Part shown: positions 48,139 through 61,191 of the stretch, in pieces | Numbering within the stretch: position 1 is the first letter of the stretch | Layout: each line of letters starts with the position of its first letter | NCBI GenBank assembly: GCA_009103225.1 | Contig: RHPI01000003.1 | Coordinates: 528,900 to 592,899 of the forward strand | DNA: 64,000 nucleotides | DNA from: Chlorokybus atmophyticus | Taxonomy: Eukaryota > Plantae > Mesostigma and Chlorokybus algae | Reading direction: 5' to 3' | Made by a program: the position numbers and the translations under genes | The notes under the pieces: model-generated | What the model was told of the DNA's origin: nothing | Seen by the model: the letters and a program-made list of their open reading frames with translations, nothing else | Database searches by the model: none

Positions 48139-50899
48139 GCATCTGATGCATACAACCTATGCCACAGCATTATGCACCTCAAACAGGCAGTGCTCGGAGT
48201 ATATGAAAAGAGACCCCGCCACAGAGTCTTTGACAAGACCCAACACGTCCCCGCCTTCCTGCAACATGCGCTTCGGGAACTTCTCCTCCTGAACGACTGT
48301 CTCACTGACTCTGCTCACCACCTGCAAGTCAACCAACAATTAGACACAGACACACACACGCACACATATGCATGCATGTACACGCACGCGCGTGCGCGCA
48401 CATGCCCCCACATACACGCGCCCACACACACACGCGCGTGTAACTCCTGCTGCGTGTGCATGCATGCAATCAGTTAGGCACCTGCAGCTTGTCCTGGTAG
48501 AGCAGCAAAAAGTGAAAGTCCGTGACTGTCATGGAGATGGGCGTGACATCCTCTGGCTGGAAGGCTTTGTACGGCAGAAGCGCCGCGTCCGCCACAATGT
48601 CTTCGTCACCAGGGGCCTGCATTATATACACACAACACTCAACACGCGCGTGGAAGTACAACAATATCACAATGTTAAGACCACATAGCTTGCCTGCGAG
48701 TGCGCTTGGGCAGATAGCAGTAACCTCCCGTGGTACAAGCCGGGACCGGCAAGCCACGCAAAGCGTTCGGCTCTGCCCTTACGCATCGAGTACAGTTGAA
48801 GCTGTCGCACACATCACAACAACTCCCAGTCATCAACGGGTCCACAGTAAGCAGTATGTATCAAACCTATCACTAAGACAGAGAATGTTGTAATATACCT
48901 GTGAGTAGGGCATATTACCAGGGAGTTCAATAACAGGTGCCAAGCGGTCTGCATACGGTGCAAGCGTCTGCTCAAGGCTGCCGTGTCCTGCCACGAGTGA
49001 TGATAGTGTCATTATGTGCACGTTGACATCCATATAGCATGCAAGCTTCCACAATGCAATGTGTGCTTGCGTAGGGTGGTTTACCAATAAATGCATACAG
49101 CCGTGTCGGTGTCACTGCCAGCACGATGATTTTCGGGTACGACGCCGGTCCGATGACTTCCATATGAATGTCGCAGATGGGCTCGCTCTGTTCCTCTCTC
49201 CGTTCCTTGAAGTCGAGCAACTGCTTGAAGTACTTCTCTTTCTTGTCCGTCTCATCGTACTGAGTCTCGTACAGGAAGCCGCCCGCGGTGCTGACGAGGA
49301 CGGAGGACGTGGAAGCTGTTGTGGGAGAGGGGCTGAGACATCAGTCGAAGAGTGTGTGTGTGTGTGTGTGTGTGCGTGTGTGTGTGCATGTGTGTGTCAG
49401 TGCGTGTGTACATGTACACTGGCGAGCGCATGCGTGCATGTGCGTGGGTGCGCGCGTACGTGCATGTAAGCGCGTGCGTGTACTGCTGCGTGCGTGTGTG
49501 TGTGCCTCTTCCTCACCTTCTGTGATATGAGACTTGTTCCACGAGACTGCCGTGACCAGCGCAAGACCCTTCAGTCGCGCCACAGGACGCGCTTTCTTCC
49601 ACCGTGCGTGATGGTAGTAGAACTCTCTCGCTCCCTGTCCCGCAGCAATCGCATTCGGCCTATGTATTGGCGACAGTTAAAGGTTTGTATTGTGTTGGTA
49701 CATACCAACATGCTCGTTCGCGAAGCTTACCGCACGCATGCGAGCACGTGAATGCCGCTGGGGTCCATGAAGATTGCTTCGATGAGGCCATCGGCCGTGC
49801 CGGGCTTTCCAGTCGTCAGCTCCACCTCTGCGCACACATAAAGTTGTACTCACGCACGCACGCACACATGCACATTTGCATACGTGTCTATGTCACGCAT
49901 GCACGCACACGCATACGCACACCCACACTTACACCCACACCCACACCCACACCCACACCCACACCCACACCCACACCCACACCCACACCCACACTCTCCC
50001 CCCCTCACCTTGACTCGTCCCCTCCGCCCAGTCGTACCGCACCACCCACCCCTTCCCCGTCCCCACCGCAACTCTATTGTTCCCTATCGCGAGCGCGGTG
50101 ACCGCCCCGTGGCCGCGGGAGATGCCTCTCTCGGGTGCTTCAACACCAAACAGTGGAAGCTCGTCGTGCAGCGCCGATATCGATGTGGAAGCGATGTCCA
50201 CCTGAGGGGAGCAGAAGCAGTGGGTTGACAGTGCTTGACGAGAAGAGCATGCGTGCTGCTAGTCTGAAACCCAGAACAACGTTTGAGAGAAGTAGCTCAG
50301 CTAGCATTGAGGTGAGTGCATTGATGTGAGTGCATGTGAACAGCACAAAGTGCAGTTGCCTTCCTAGTAGCAGGGTTGTTCAGCTTACCACTTAAGCGCA
50401 CTGCAACGACGGGTGGGGATTGCAAGCAACAACAAGTAACCTCTGAGGTTTCAATACAGCCTCTGTGACGACCACTGAGTGCATGACCTGAGGTTGGCCA
50501 ACGCCACTAAGCATATACGCAGCACGCAACAGAAACACTGTCAAGTCAACTTGTCTGTGTTGCTGTTTCTCATGCCAATAGAATGCCTGATTCCTGCGAT
50601 CGAACACCAACGGCGTGTGCTCCAGCTGGCAATGCGACATGCATGCATTTGGTTTGCGCTTCAGGCTTTACAAAAGCTCAGCTCCAAAGAATGGAACACG
50701 CATTGCACGAACAGTATGTTGTGCTTACGTCGCCATCGTCATCGAGCAGCGTACTATCAACCGAAGACGAAGGCAGAGCCAAGGACGAGGCGGCGCCGCC
50801 AGGCCGGTAAAGCCCTCCGCCTACCAGGCCGCCCGCCGCACGCTGAGCGGCGGAGCCACCGACCCCAAGCCCCTCGCTCTCCCGCCACTCGTCCAGCAT
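44297..50899 (-). CDS. VPS18: VPS18/PEP3 HOPS-CORVET core subunit
   Basis: First exon MLDEWRESEG, then VEAPERG...AVTALAIGNN; VLAVTPTRLYAF; ISMTVTDFHFLLLYQDK; LVATWATELYLDK; ETTRYDPKYALR; LRKRLWLRVAQH; LKIEDILPFFPDFVLIDDFKDAIC. RING: CGIC...FYAFPCSHAFHSDCL; VAAECPFCGELM. TGA at 44297-44299. Confidence 0.96.
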
Positions 50900-51254
50900 G
50901 CCGACCAACTCGCGCCCCTCCTCCCTCCCCACCTTCCTCCACCCCGTCTACCTCCCCCTTGTCCTGGTCCTCTGCCACCGCCACCGCCACCGCCGGCACC
51001 TCCTCGTCCGGCCTGGTGACTTTTGGCCTGGTAGCTTCTGGCTTCTAATATGTTGTGCAGCATCGCACAAGAAGTGCGACGCTTGTGCGATGCGCGCTCG
51101 TGACTTTGGGCCGTTAGCAGAGCATTGCACTAGCGACCAGGCCAGGGCCAGGCCAGGCCAGGCCAGACCAGAGCAGGCTAGGGCAAGCTAGGCCAGAGCA
51201 GGCTAGGTTGCAACAGTGTACAAGCAGGCTCAGGGAGCGACGAGGTACGGAGGC

Positions 51255-51262
51255 TAGGGTTT
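51255..51262 (-). promoter_or_regulatory. Telo-box (AAACCCTA) in the VPS18/IFT52 divergent promoter; another at 57307-57314 upstream of ISCA1
   Basis: tagggttt read directly at both positions. Telo-boxes are known plant promoter elements, but function here is inferred. Confidence 0.4.
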
Positions 51263-51507
51263 GGGCGCAAGGAGTGTGAGGGAGGGAGTGCTGGGGGGGA
51301 GTTGGCTCAGGCCAGGCCATAGGGGGAGACACGTGGAGAAGTGGAGAAGAGAAGCCAATCGCATACCAGACCAGGCTGAAATGGTGTCAGCAGGCCAGAG
51401 AAAGTGGGGCGACAGCTGCTTTGTGATTGATCTGCGAGAGCTGTTCTAAGCTGCAGCAGAGGTAGTTGACAAACAGCTCAGCTCATAGCCACCACCATAC
51501 AGCGACT

Positions 51508-51670
51508 ATGCTGCGTGACAGCCGCCTGCTCAACGGCGGCGGCCTGCCGCCAGCTGTGTCGCCTTTGTCCACGTCATCGGCGATGGGGATGGGCACAGGG
51601 ACAGGGATGGGGATGGGAACAGGGATTGGGGAGAATGCGCCGACCATCATCTTTGACGCCTGCAAAAAGG

Positions 51671-51703
<33 letters not shown>

Positions 51704-54700
51704 ACATTTCCGGTGCTACTGTGTCTGTGTGGCGATAGAACTACATAATTGTCGCCGTTTGTAGTTGGTTGAGGGACCGCACAGGAGCATACCTACATGC
51801 TGGTTCAAAACCATGTGCTCGTCTTTGTCTTATGCAGTCTTGTGTTTTGCACAGTGCACCAGCTGCGTGTGAGCTGTAGCCTTGATGTCATTGCTTGGAG
51901 GTTGATGGTAGCAAGGCAGTGACAACTAGCAGCACTGGTCGCAATCAAGTGCGTGTGTGCATTTGTGCTCATGCATGCGTATGCGCGCTCTTGAGTGTGC
52001 TTGTGTGTGTGTGCACGTGCACGCGGGCATGTGTTCCAGTGTGCACACGTTTGTATATGTGTGCGTGTGCGTGCGCGCGTGTGCATGTGTCAAGTGTGTC
52101 GCATCAAATGAATCGTATGTATCGTTTTGAGGCTGTTTGCGTTTGCTCGTTAGCCACTCCCAGCACGAAAAGCTACCTGACGTTGCACTGAGCTGACGCG
52201 CTCTCTTGCAGAAACACATACACCGAATGCCGGCTTGAAACAGCTTGCGAGAAGGTTACGCAACACTCTCAAACTCCAAATGTAAGCAACAGCAAACCTG
52301 CATCGGTGTCACACACACACGTACACGCATGCACAGACCCACGCACGCGCATAGATTCGCACATACATATGCATGTGCACACACGCACGCACGCACGCAC
52401 ACGCACACGCACACGCACACGCGCAGTAAAAGCATATCTCGCTACATGATGTTGCCTTCATGCCAGTAATAAGGATGAGTTATCATTGGAGCGACTGCGT
52501 GAAGGCCGTATAGTTGTGTTCGGCGGCCCGCGCGAGAAGTGTACTGTGGATGAGTTCGCCGCGATCAACGCGTACATACAGGTGTGTGGTTTGTGTTGAT
52601 GTGAATGTCGCGTGTGAGTGGGTGTTAATGAGGGATTGTTGTTGTGTCGTGCAGGGCGGCGGGTCTGTGCTGATACTGCTGGGTGAAGGCGGAGAGGCGC
52701 GACTCAACACGAATTTCAACTATTTGATGGAGGAGTATGGGATCATGGTCAACAGTGACTGCGTGGTATACATATACATGCACATGCATGCATGCTTGAA
52801 CACACCTGCGTACACACATATGTGGGTTCATGCGCGTGCGCGCGCGTGCGCGCCCTCACCCTTACAACCACGTACACACCCCACCTACCCACCCATCCAT
52901 CCACGCGCGCACATCAACATGTGTAACAACATGCGTGCACGAGCATGCCAGTGCCGACGCACATGTCCACACACACGCACGCACGCACGCACGCACGAAC
53001 GCAAACAGCAGCTACGCTCAACCCAACATACACTCAACCTGACACAACCAACCGCACGCAGATCTCCAGCGTGTACACAAAGTACCCCCACCCGAAAGAA
53101 GTCCTCATCGACGACGGCGTCCTCAACCGCGCCGTCCTAACCGTAAGCAACACCCCACACACCCACGTACCCCCCCTCCCCACATACCCCACATATCCCA
53201 CATACCCACCCGCCACAGGCTCAGAAGCCGAGCGATGCCTCTCTGGAGTTCAATGATCCAAGAGATGGGATCCCCAACTCGGGACTGGCGATAGCGTACC
53301 CGTACGGCGCCACGCTCGGAGCGCAGGCGCCGGCGGTGGCGATACTAGGAAGCGGCACACTTGCGTTTCCATCAAGCAGACCCATAGGTGAGGAGCTGAG
53401 TGTGTGGGTGCGGGTGTGCGGGTGCGTGTGCGTGTGCGTGTGCGCACTGTGTGTGAGCGTGCTCACTGTGTGTGGGTGTACATGTGCGTGTGCGCGTGGG
53501 CACATGTCTGCATGTACATGTGCGTGCGTGCTCGTGTCACATGTGCATATGCACGCGCACATGACACATTTTGTTGGTGTTTCGCAGTGGCGGTGTGGCA
53601 GGCGAGAGGCCCAAAGGGCGGTAATGTTGGCGCTGGTGCTGGTGTTGGGCGCGTGATGGTTGCGGGCAGCGCGTGCATGTTCGAGGACGCGTGGCTGGAG
53701 CGCGAGGACAACGCTCGATTCGCAGACTGGGCTTTCCGGTGGCTTCTTGGAGACCCTTCCATACATGTGTGTATTTTACACAAGTGCATGATGTTGTGTT
53801 GTGTTGTGACAGTACACACAACATTATGTACACGTCGTGCAGGTGTCCGCTGCTGATGCGGATGATGTCGATACACCCGAGTTCCAGTACGTCCCTGATA
53901 TCGAAGCGTTGGCCGAACGACCTCGCTTGTGTCTACAAGTACACATGAGTTGCAAAGTGGCAACATTTTCACCCTCTCTTATCAAACCAACATGTTGCTT
54001 ACTACTCATGCCGACAGGAAGGGGAGGCGATCCCGATCGACTTCATGACAATGTTGGACGACACGCTGTTCGAGTTCACGACGGATCTCATACCCGAGGC
54101 GGTGGAGTTGTATGGGAAACTTGACGTGAAGCACGCGCCTCTCACACTCATACCTCCGCAGGTAAAGTGTGCATAGGATTTTCACACGCACACGCAACAA
54201 GTATCATTATACCTACCAACAAACCCGACACAAGCTTGTCCCGAACCACACACCAATCTCATCACCTCTCTCGCGCGCTTATAGCCACATGGACTTTGTG
54301 CATCACTTCCAAGAGCCACAACAATATCTTGATCTGTGACTCACACATGTGATTCACACGTCGTTTGGTGTCAACTGGTGCGGTGTGCTTGTGTAAAGAC
54401 ACACGTTAAGTTGCATAGAACTAACGCGTGCGTGCGCGTGTGTGTGATTGACTGGTTTCTGTCTCTCAGTTTGAAGTGCCTGTGCCTGCGCTGGCTCCTG
54501 CGGTCTTCCCCCCCGCCTTCCGAGAGCCTCCCGCCCCCGCGCTGGACCTGTTCGACCTCGACGACGCGCTCGCGGGGGACGGGACGAGGCTGGCGGCACT
54601 GCTCAACAAGTGCAGAGAAGGTGAGAGAGGGGTGGATGTGGTATGTTGAGCACGATGTGTGACTAAATGATCGAGGGGAAGAGTGATGACGATGGTGGAA

Positions 54701-55197
54701 GCAACTGAAACTGGTGCTGCTGCATGCGAAGAGTGCAGACAGCAACTGAGCTTAACCGCACACGCACACGCGCACACGCGCACACACACGCGCAGATGCA
54801 CACACACGCATGTACGCGCACATGCACACACGTGTACTCACGCGCTCACTCAGAAACAGTCAAAAGGCCGCTTGTCGCAGTAGTGCGCCATTATGTCGGT
54901 GTCCTTTGTGGGTCCTTTGCAATGTCCATGTGCCCTTCCACTTAACACGCACACGCACACCTGATGCATGAGTGTGTCACATCACCATCAGGTACTGCGG
55001 AGGACGTGGACTTTTTCGTTCGCGAATCTGGGAGCGTGTTGGGCATATCAGAGAAGGTGTTGGCTGCGCGAGGGGTCGGCGTGGGCACGGGCGCCATGAC
55101 AACAGTTGATCCGAAGAGCATCCTTTCGTATGTCTTGCAAACAATCGTCAACTGCCGGCGAGTGAACCCGATGCCACCTGGCCACGTGCGGCTGTAA
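51508..55197 (+). CDS. IFT52: Intraflagellar transport protein 52
   Basis: TIIFDACKK; GGSVLILLGEGGEARLNTNFNYLMEEYGIMVNSD; YTKYPHPKEVLIDDGVLNR; YPYGATL; YVPDIEALAERPRLCLQ; LIPEAVELYGKLDVKHAPLTLIPPQ|FEVPVPALAPAVFPPAFREPPAPALDLFDLDD. Confidence 0.96.
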
Positions 55198-55898
55198 GGG
55201 GAAAAGAGAACGGGGTTGGTAGTGCAGTAGTGCGGTGTTGTGGGTTTGCGAGTGTACAGGAGGGCGTGAGAAGCTGAGTCAATGACAACATCAAATGCAG
55301 TAATGGGCTTGATTGCTGCGAGCTGTTGCTCCCAGATTACGTGTGGGTGCACATTGTTGTAGCATTCCCTTGCACGTGTTTGTAGTAGACTGTTTTGACT
55401 AGTAAACCAGGAGTCATTGACTGCGCAATTCGGTATGAGATTACTTGAATGGTAATTCAACAGATATGGGTATGCACTGCAACCAGCTACTAAAAGACAA
55501 GTGCTGCATATGGTGTGTGAAAAGCAATTTGCAGGTGATGTCCTGTACATGCTTCGACAGGCTGTCGTGCATGCACACACGCACGAAGGTTCTGGCTGTT
55601 GCCCATTGATTCAAAACCAAAGATCGCCACTGTTTGCATGTCGGTCAAAACTGCATCTTGTGGGATCCTGGTACCAAACTTTCAGGTCATTTATTGCGCA
55701 GAGAAGTCCTGGTGCACTCAATTAATCCCTAACATTTCCTCTCGTCTCTTTTTGGTTGGTGCCTACATGGTGCATCTTTAATGTAGCAATACAAACTTGC
55801 TATACAATCTTGATAACCTAGACCTTCGGCAATCGCCAATATAACGCTGCCACTAACCCTAACCCACTAGCTGTGCTCATGCAACACGTGAAGCGTAT

Positions 55899-57225
55899 TT
55901 ACACATTGAATGACTCCCCGCACCCGCAAGAGCCCTTCGCGTTGGGGTTGATGAACACAAACTCAGACCTGCGAAAGCAACCAGTCAGCTCACTTCAAAC
56001 TAAACTGACTAATCATTGCAAATTGTCAGCGATGCCGCAACTGCACTGGCTGATGCATATTGCTGCATCTACATATGTCAACATGTAACGCAACCATGTG
56101 TGGTTTCAGACACGCGCGTGTATGTACAACTGCGTTGCATTTGTGTTGATTACTAAGGTGCAAGAGTTCTGTAAGCTGACATGTTTCAAAGCAATCAGAG
56201 CAAAAGAGCCGACATATGGTCACTTACTTGAGTCGGTCCTCAACAAAGTCCATCTTGGTGCCGATGACATGCATAAGCGCTCTTGGGTCGACAATCACCC
56301 TCACGCCCTTGTCCTCAACTACCTCATCGAACTTGCTGGCAGAGTCTGCGACCAGAGAGTGAAAGCAATGAGCACACAGACACATGACTACATATCTCAG
56401 TTCGAAAGAAGCAGCTAGCTATGAGTGATTGTGAACGTATCACTTAAACATTTGCAACCGGTTGTGATGCGATTGGCGTGGTCACAGCTAGATGCGTGAC
56501 AAAGATACAATGAAATCACTTCATAACTTACAGCAAACACGTACAACATTGATAAGAGTGTTTCAGTTGTAAACAACAGGAGCCACAGGCTGTGGATGAG
56601 TAACACCGACAGACTACTGGTATATCCACATATAAGGTACGCGTAAAACTTGAAGAGCATATTTTACAAAAACAAAAACAGGACAGCATATAATCATAAA
56701 ACTTTGCAACACAACCTTGATTATCAACAGCGGTAAAGTTACAACTGTGACTCTGATTGTGATGCTGCTTTGACTTTACGCTGTGTGGATAAAGCACACA
56801 TGCAAGATATATCTAAGTTAGCTATGGCGCAGCTGAGCACTTAACACAAAACCACAATAACAGTAGTGCCGCTGCGTAGTACCTGCGTAAGTAAGCGTGT
56901 ATGACAGGCCGTTGCAGCCTCTGGTCTTGACACCCAGCCGCAAATACTCCTTGTCTCTCTTGCTCAACAATTCCTTGATCCGTTTGGCTGCGCCTTCAGT
57001 CACCTCCAGAGCCTGTTCAGGAAGTTGGCATGCTCAGACACAACCCAAGAGGATCCACATTACCGTTATGGCCTGACAAAGTCAGGTGGACTACAGAATT
57101 GCCTATAGCTGGCATGGAAGCTTGTACATACAGCTTTGAACACAGCTGCTTGCCTACCCACGCACCTGCTTACGCGCTGCAGCTGCTGCCGGCCGTCGCA
57201 CTGCCTGCGCCGCTGCTCCAAGCAT
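55899..57225 (-). CDS. ISCA1: ISCA1 mitochondrial A-type iron-sulfur cluster carrier
   Basis: [20 protein letters not shown]|[16 protein letters not shown]...[17 protein letters not shown]...[36 protein letters not shown]|[22 protein letters not shown]. Confidence 0.97.
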
Positions 57226-57990
57226 CGCCCCGATGGCCACACCAACCTCTGCCTGGGCTTCTTCCTCTTCCCCCGCCACCACCACCACCACCGCCGCTGA
57301 GCCGGTTAGGGTTTTACCAGGTGGTGCCACGTGGCATGTATGACGTGCTTGCCTCGCACAGCATGTGCCGTCTTGTGCGTTGTGGCGCACAATCTGTGCG
57401 TCACTTGGTGCGGCGAACTGTAGTCCAGAAGCCGCTTTGCCCGTGGCGTCCTGCCATTGGCTTTGACACTTCGTTGAGAGCGACGCGCGCTGCGGTACGG
57501 GCGCCCACGCCGCACCAGGGCAGCCTTTTCGTATCCCTAGTAGGTTCGTCTGACATGGCGGTGCTTCGGGTTAACCACGCCACTCAATTCTCAGCAAACC
57601 GCCTTACTTCACCGAGACACTCCGCAAAGAGACTGGTTAGGTTGACCGCGTTGCAAAGGGCGCGCGGCATAGAGCGGTGTCGCGCAGTGTGACGGGGCAG
57701 CGTTTCCCGCGCGCGGGCAGCTGCTTCGGGTACATAGCTGAAAAGGCACAGCACTATATAAGCAGGCTTCTTGCCTGGAAGAGCTGTGTGTGCCAGTGTG
57801 CCACAGCGTGCTCGGGGTGGTTGTCGCTGCCGTCGTTGTGCTTGTTGGGTGTTTGAATCTTTGAGGTGTGACACAGCCCCAGCGTGGGCTAGCGGCTTAC
57901 TTGCCACGCTTCCCTCTTTGCTCACGGGTCGGCTTACCAGGGACGCCCTTGTGTGCAATTGCCCCCTGTGTGTTGTTCGGCAACGCAACG

Positions 57991-60900
57991 ATGGCGACCT
58001 TTTCGCTAAAGGTGAGTGGGATATGAATGATCGGTGCCGCTTTGTAGCGCAACTAGCCATGTGCGTGTTTCTGCCACTGAAAGTGAAGGCGATGATAAGC
58101 TTACTCTTGTACGGACTGTTGGTTGCTAGTAGACTAGTTTGGTTACCAGTTGGACGTTTGCTTTGGTCATGTGTTGAGTGTTGCATGCGTTCCAATCCAG
58201 CTATTACCCATGCAGCTTGACTTCAATGGCGACGTGCGCAAGCGCACAGTTCCACTCGACTTGCAGTTTGACGCGCTGCAAGCCACTGTCCGTGACATGT
58301 ATGGCTTCTCTGCCGGAGATGTGTTTCAGTTCAAGTACACCGACGACGACAACGACATCGTCACCCTTGCCAACCATGACGACCTTTGCGAGGCTCTTGC
58401 CAATCTGAAGCGCGATGGCAATTCTGTCCGCAGCCTGCGTCTGTCAGTTGTCAAGGTTCGTATTCTACCCTTGTTCTTAGTGTCGCTGCAAGAAAGGTTG
58501 TAAGTCCTCATGTTTATGCTGTCGTTGCAGGTGGGTGGTGCTCCTGCCACTGCTGCTCCGCCGCCGTTCGCAGGCAAGCCAGCCGCTGCAGCAGCGCAGC
58601 CAGCCAAGGCACCTGGTGCCAGCTCCTCTGCTCCAAAGGGGTTGGCTAAGGTCATTGAGTTGATCAAGCAGGTCGCCAAGGAGGTGAATGTCGACGTTGA
58701 TGACGTCCTGCAGGTACTGTTGAGTGCTTCAGTGCAGAGTCTTGCTTATCTAGAACCTGAAAATGCCTTGTGCTATGGGCTTACACGCTCTGCTTGTAGG
58801 TGTACCAAGAGCAAGGCGCGTATGCTGCAGCTCAGAAGTTGCAGGCAACTGTGCTTCGTGCACAGCTGACACCGCTCCAGCTTGCTGGCATGTATTACAA
58901 GATCATCTCCAACATCCGCCCTGATGAGATGCGCAACATTATGGCGGACTTTGAGGGTGGGTTGCCGAATATGTTTGAGACGTTTGGCATCCCGAAGCCA
59001 TCTGCCTTTGCTGCTGGTACGAACTTGGCTGCCTGCTTTTATGCCTGCTGGTTGTACGTAGATTGGAGATGTTAAGATGCTTGCTGCTATCTTTTATCTG
59101 CGCAGGTTCCAGCAAGCAAGCGGAGGAGGCATTTGTTCCTCCAACCGCACCTGCTGCACCTGATGACAGCAGCAAGCCTGAGGATGGAGCGCCAGTGTAC
59201 CACCACAACGTTGTGTGTGATGGTTGCAACCAGAGTCCCCTTGAGGGTTCTCGTTACAAGAGTCTTGAGAAAGAGGACTATGACCTTTGCCAGGTGAGAG
59301 CAGTGCTCGCTGTACCGCATTGTACAGCTGCGTTGCAGTTGCCTGTGAATCTTTAGCTGCAGCTTATTATCATTACCTAACCCAAGTGTGTACCTGCCAC
59401 AGTTATGCTATGACAAGGAGGACCGCAAGGAGGAGTATGTGTGCATTGTCCGCCCTGGTGATCGTGCGTGGCTGAATGCCATGCGTAATCGCCATGGCCG
59501 ATGCGGCGGATGGGGTCGTGGTGGCCGCCACCCTTTCATGCCATACCCGGCACCAAATGCAAATGGCGTTTTTCAACATCCCTGGGGTAGGGTGCCCCAC
59601 CATGCAGGTCCTTGGGGGCCGCACCATGGAGGCCGTTGGGGTGGTCGCCATGGCCCCTGCGGTTTTGGTGCAGGCAAGCCTGACGCCCGCTTTGTGTCGG
59701 ACATCACCATCTTCGATGGCACTGAAGTGCTGCCCGGACAGAAGTTCACAAAGATCTGGAAGATCAAGAACAGCGGCAACTGCCCCTGGCCACCTAGCAC
59801 CCACCTTGTGCATGTTGGTGGTGACATCATGTCCGTGGAGAGCGTCCCGGTGCCAGTCCCAGAGGGAGGCTTGCTCCCCGATCAGGACCTTGATGTGTCT
59901 GTTGACATGGTGGCACCTAGCGAGCCTGGGCGCTACGTCTCGCACTGGCGCTTGGCCTGGACAAACAATGGTCCCAAGTTTGGCCATCGTTTGTGGGCCC
60001 TCATTCAGGTAAGGTGCTGACAACTGTTGTGGTTGCTGCTTTGTGTTAACTGTGCCGGAGTACTCAAGCCATGTACCTGGTGCTTCAGGTTGTGCCATCA
60101 GAGGAGGCTGTGAAGACAGCCGACGCCTCTCCTGCAACTGTTGTGGGAGAGTGTGCTGTGGGCATGGATATTGCAGCAGATGTTGTCATGCAGGACGCAT
60201 CTGCAGTGCAGATGACCGTGGCTATGACTGCCCTTGAGCCTTCTACAGTTGTAGAAGAGTTAGTGCAAGTGCCTGTGGAACTAGTTGCCACAGGGCCTTC
60301 CGCGGTTGTTGTGGAAGGTGTCAGCTCCAAGGATGCTGTTGCGGATCAGAGTAGTCCGCAGCCCGCTGTGGTGAACTCACAGCCGGTAGTGCAGCAGTTT
60401 GTGCAAGAGGTGAGTGCTTATGCTTTTGTACTACTTTGGCATACACTGCTGGAGGCTAGATCTTCGCTTGTTGTGCGCAACTGACTAGTGCATATCTGTC
60501 TAGCAGGATATGCTTGAGAATGTCGACCAGCTGCAGCAGCGTGTGGCTGTCATTGACATTGCAAGCGTGCCAGCTCTGCCATCAGCCCAAGCCCTTGCGG
60601 AAAGTGGGGTCGTCGTGCCTGATGTGAAAGAGGAAGACAAGTGGGTTAAGATTACTCCAAACACCCAGCAGGACGAGATGCCTGCACAGGTACTTACTCG
60701 ATCAGCACACACGCAGTGCACATGTTCTGATGTGATTACAAGGTTAACTAGGGATTGATTGTGTTGTTGGCTGTCATTCAGGAGGACAACGTGGCAGACT
60801 ACTCCTACACCAAGCAGCTACAACAGCTGGCGGACATGGGGTTTACTGACATGAACCTCATCCGTGAAGTTCTGAACGCCACAGAAGGTGATCTTGATAC

Positions 60901-61191
60901 AAGTGTCGCTCGCCTGGTGGCAGCCACCGGCTGGGACGCTCAGCTTCGTGAGCTCAACGACATGGTAAGTTCCAGATATTGCTGCCGCTTGCAATGTCAA
61001 TACACAATTAGCAGGAGGATAATTGGTACACGATGTCACAACTTATATGTGTGCCCTATGCGCAGGGCTTCTTTGACAAGGAGCTGAACATGCGCTTGAT
61101 GGTGAAGAACAATGGCAGCATTGCTCGCACTGTCAAAGAGCTTGTGGAGCTGAGCATGTTCAATGCCGGGAGTGTCATGGTACTTGACTGA
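57991..61191 (+). CDS. NBR1: NBR1 selective autophagy receptor (PB1-ZZ-FW/NBR1-UBA-UBA)
   Basis: MATFSLK|LDFNGDVRK...FKYTDDDNDIVTL (PB1); HHNVVCDGCNQSPLEGSRYKSLEKEDYDLC (ZZ); DARFVSDITIFDGTEVLPGQKFTKIWKIKNSG...PGRYVSHWRL (FW); QLADMGF and ELNDM|GFFDKELNMRLMVKNNGSIARTVKEL (two UBA domains). TGA at 61189-61191. Confidence 0.96.
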
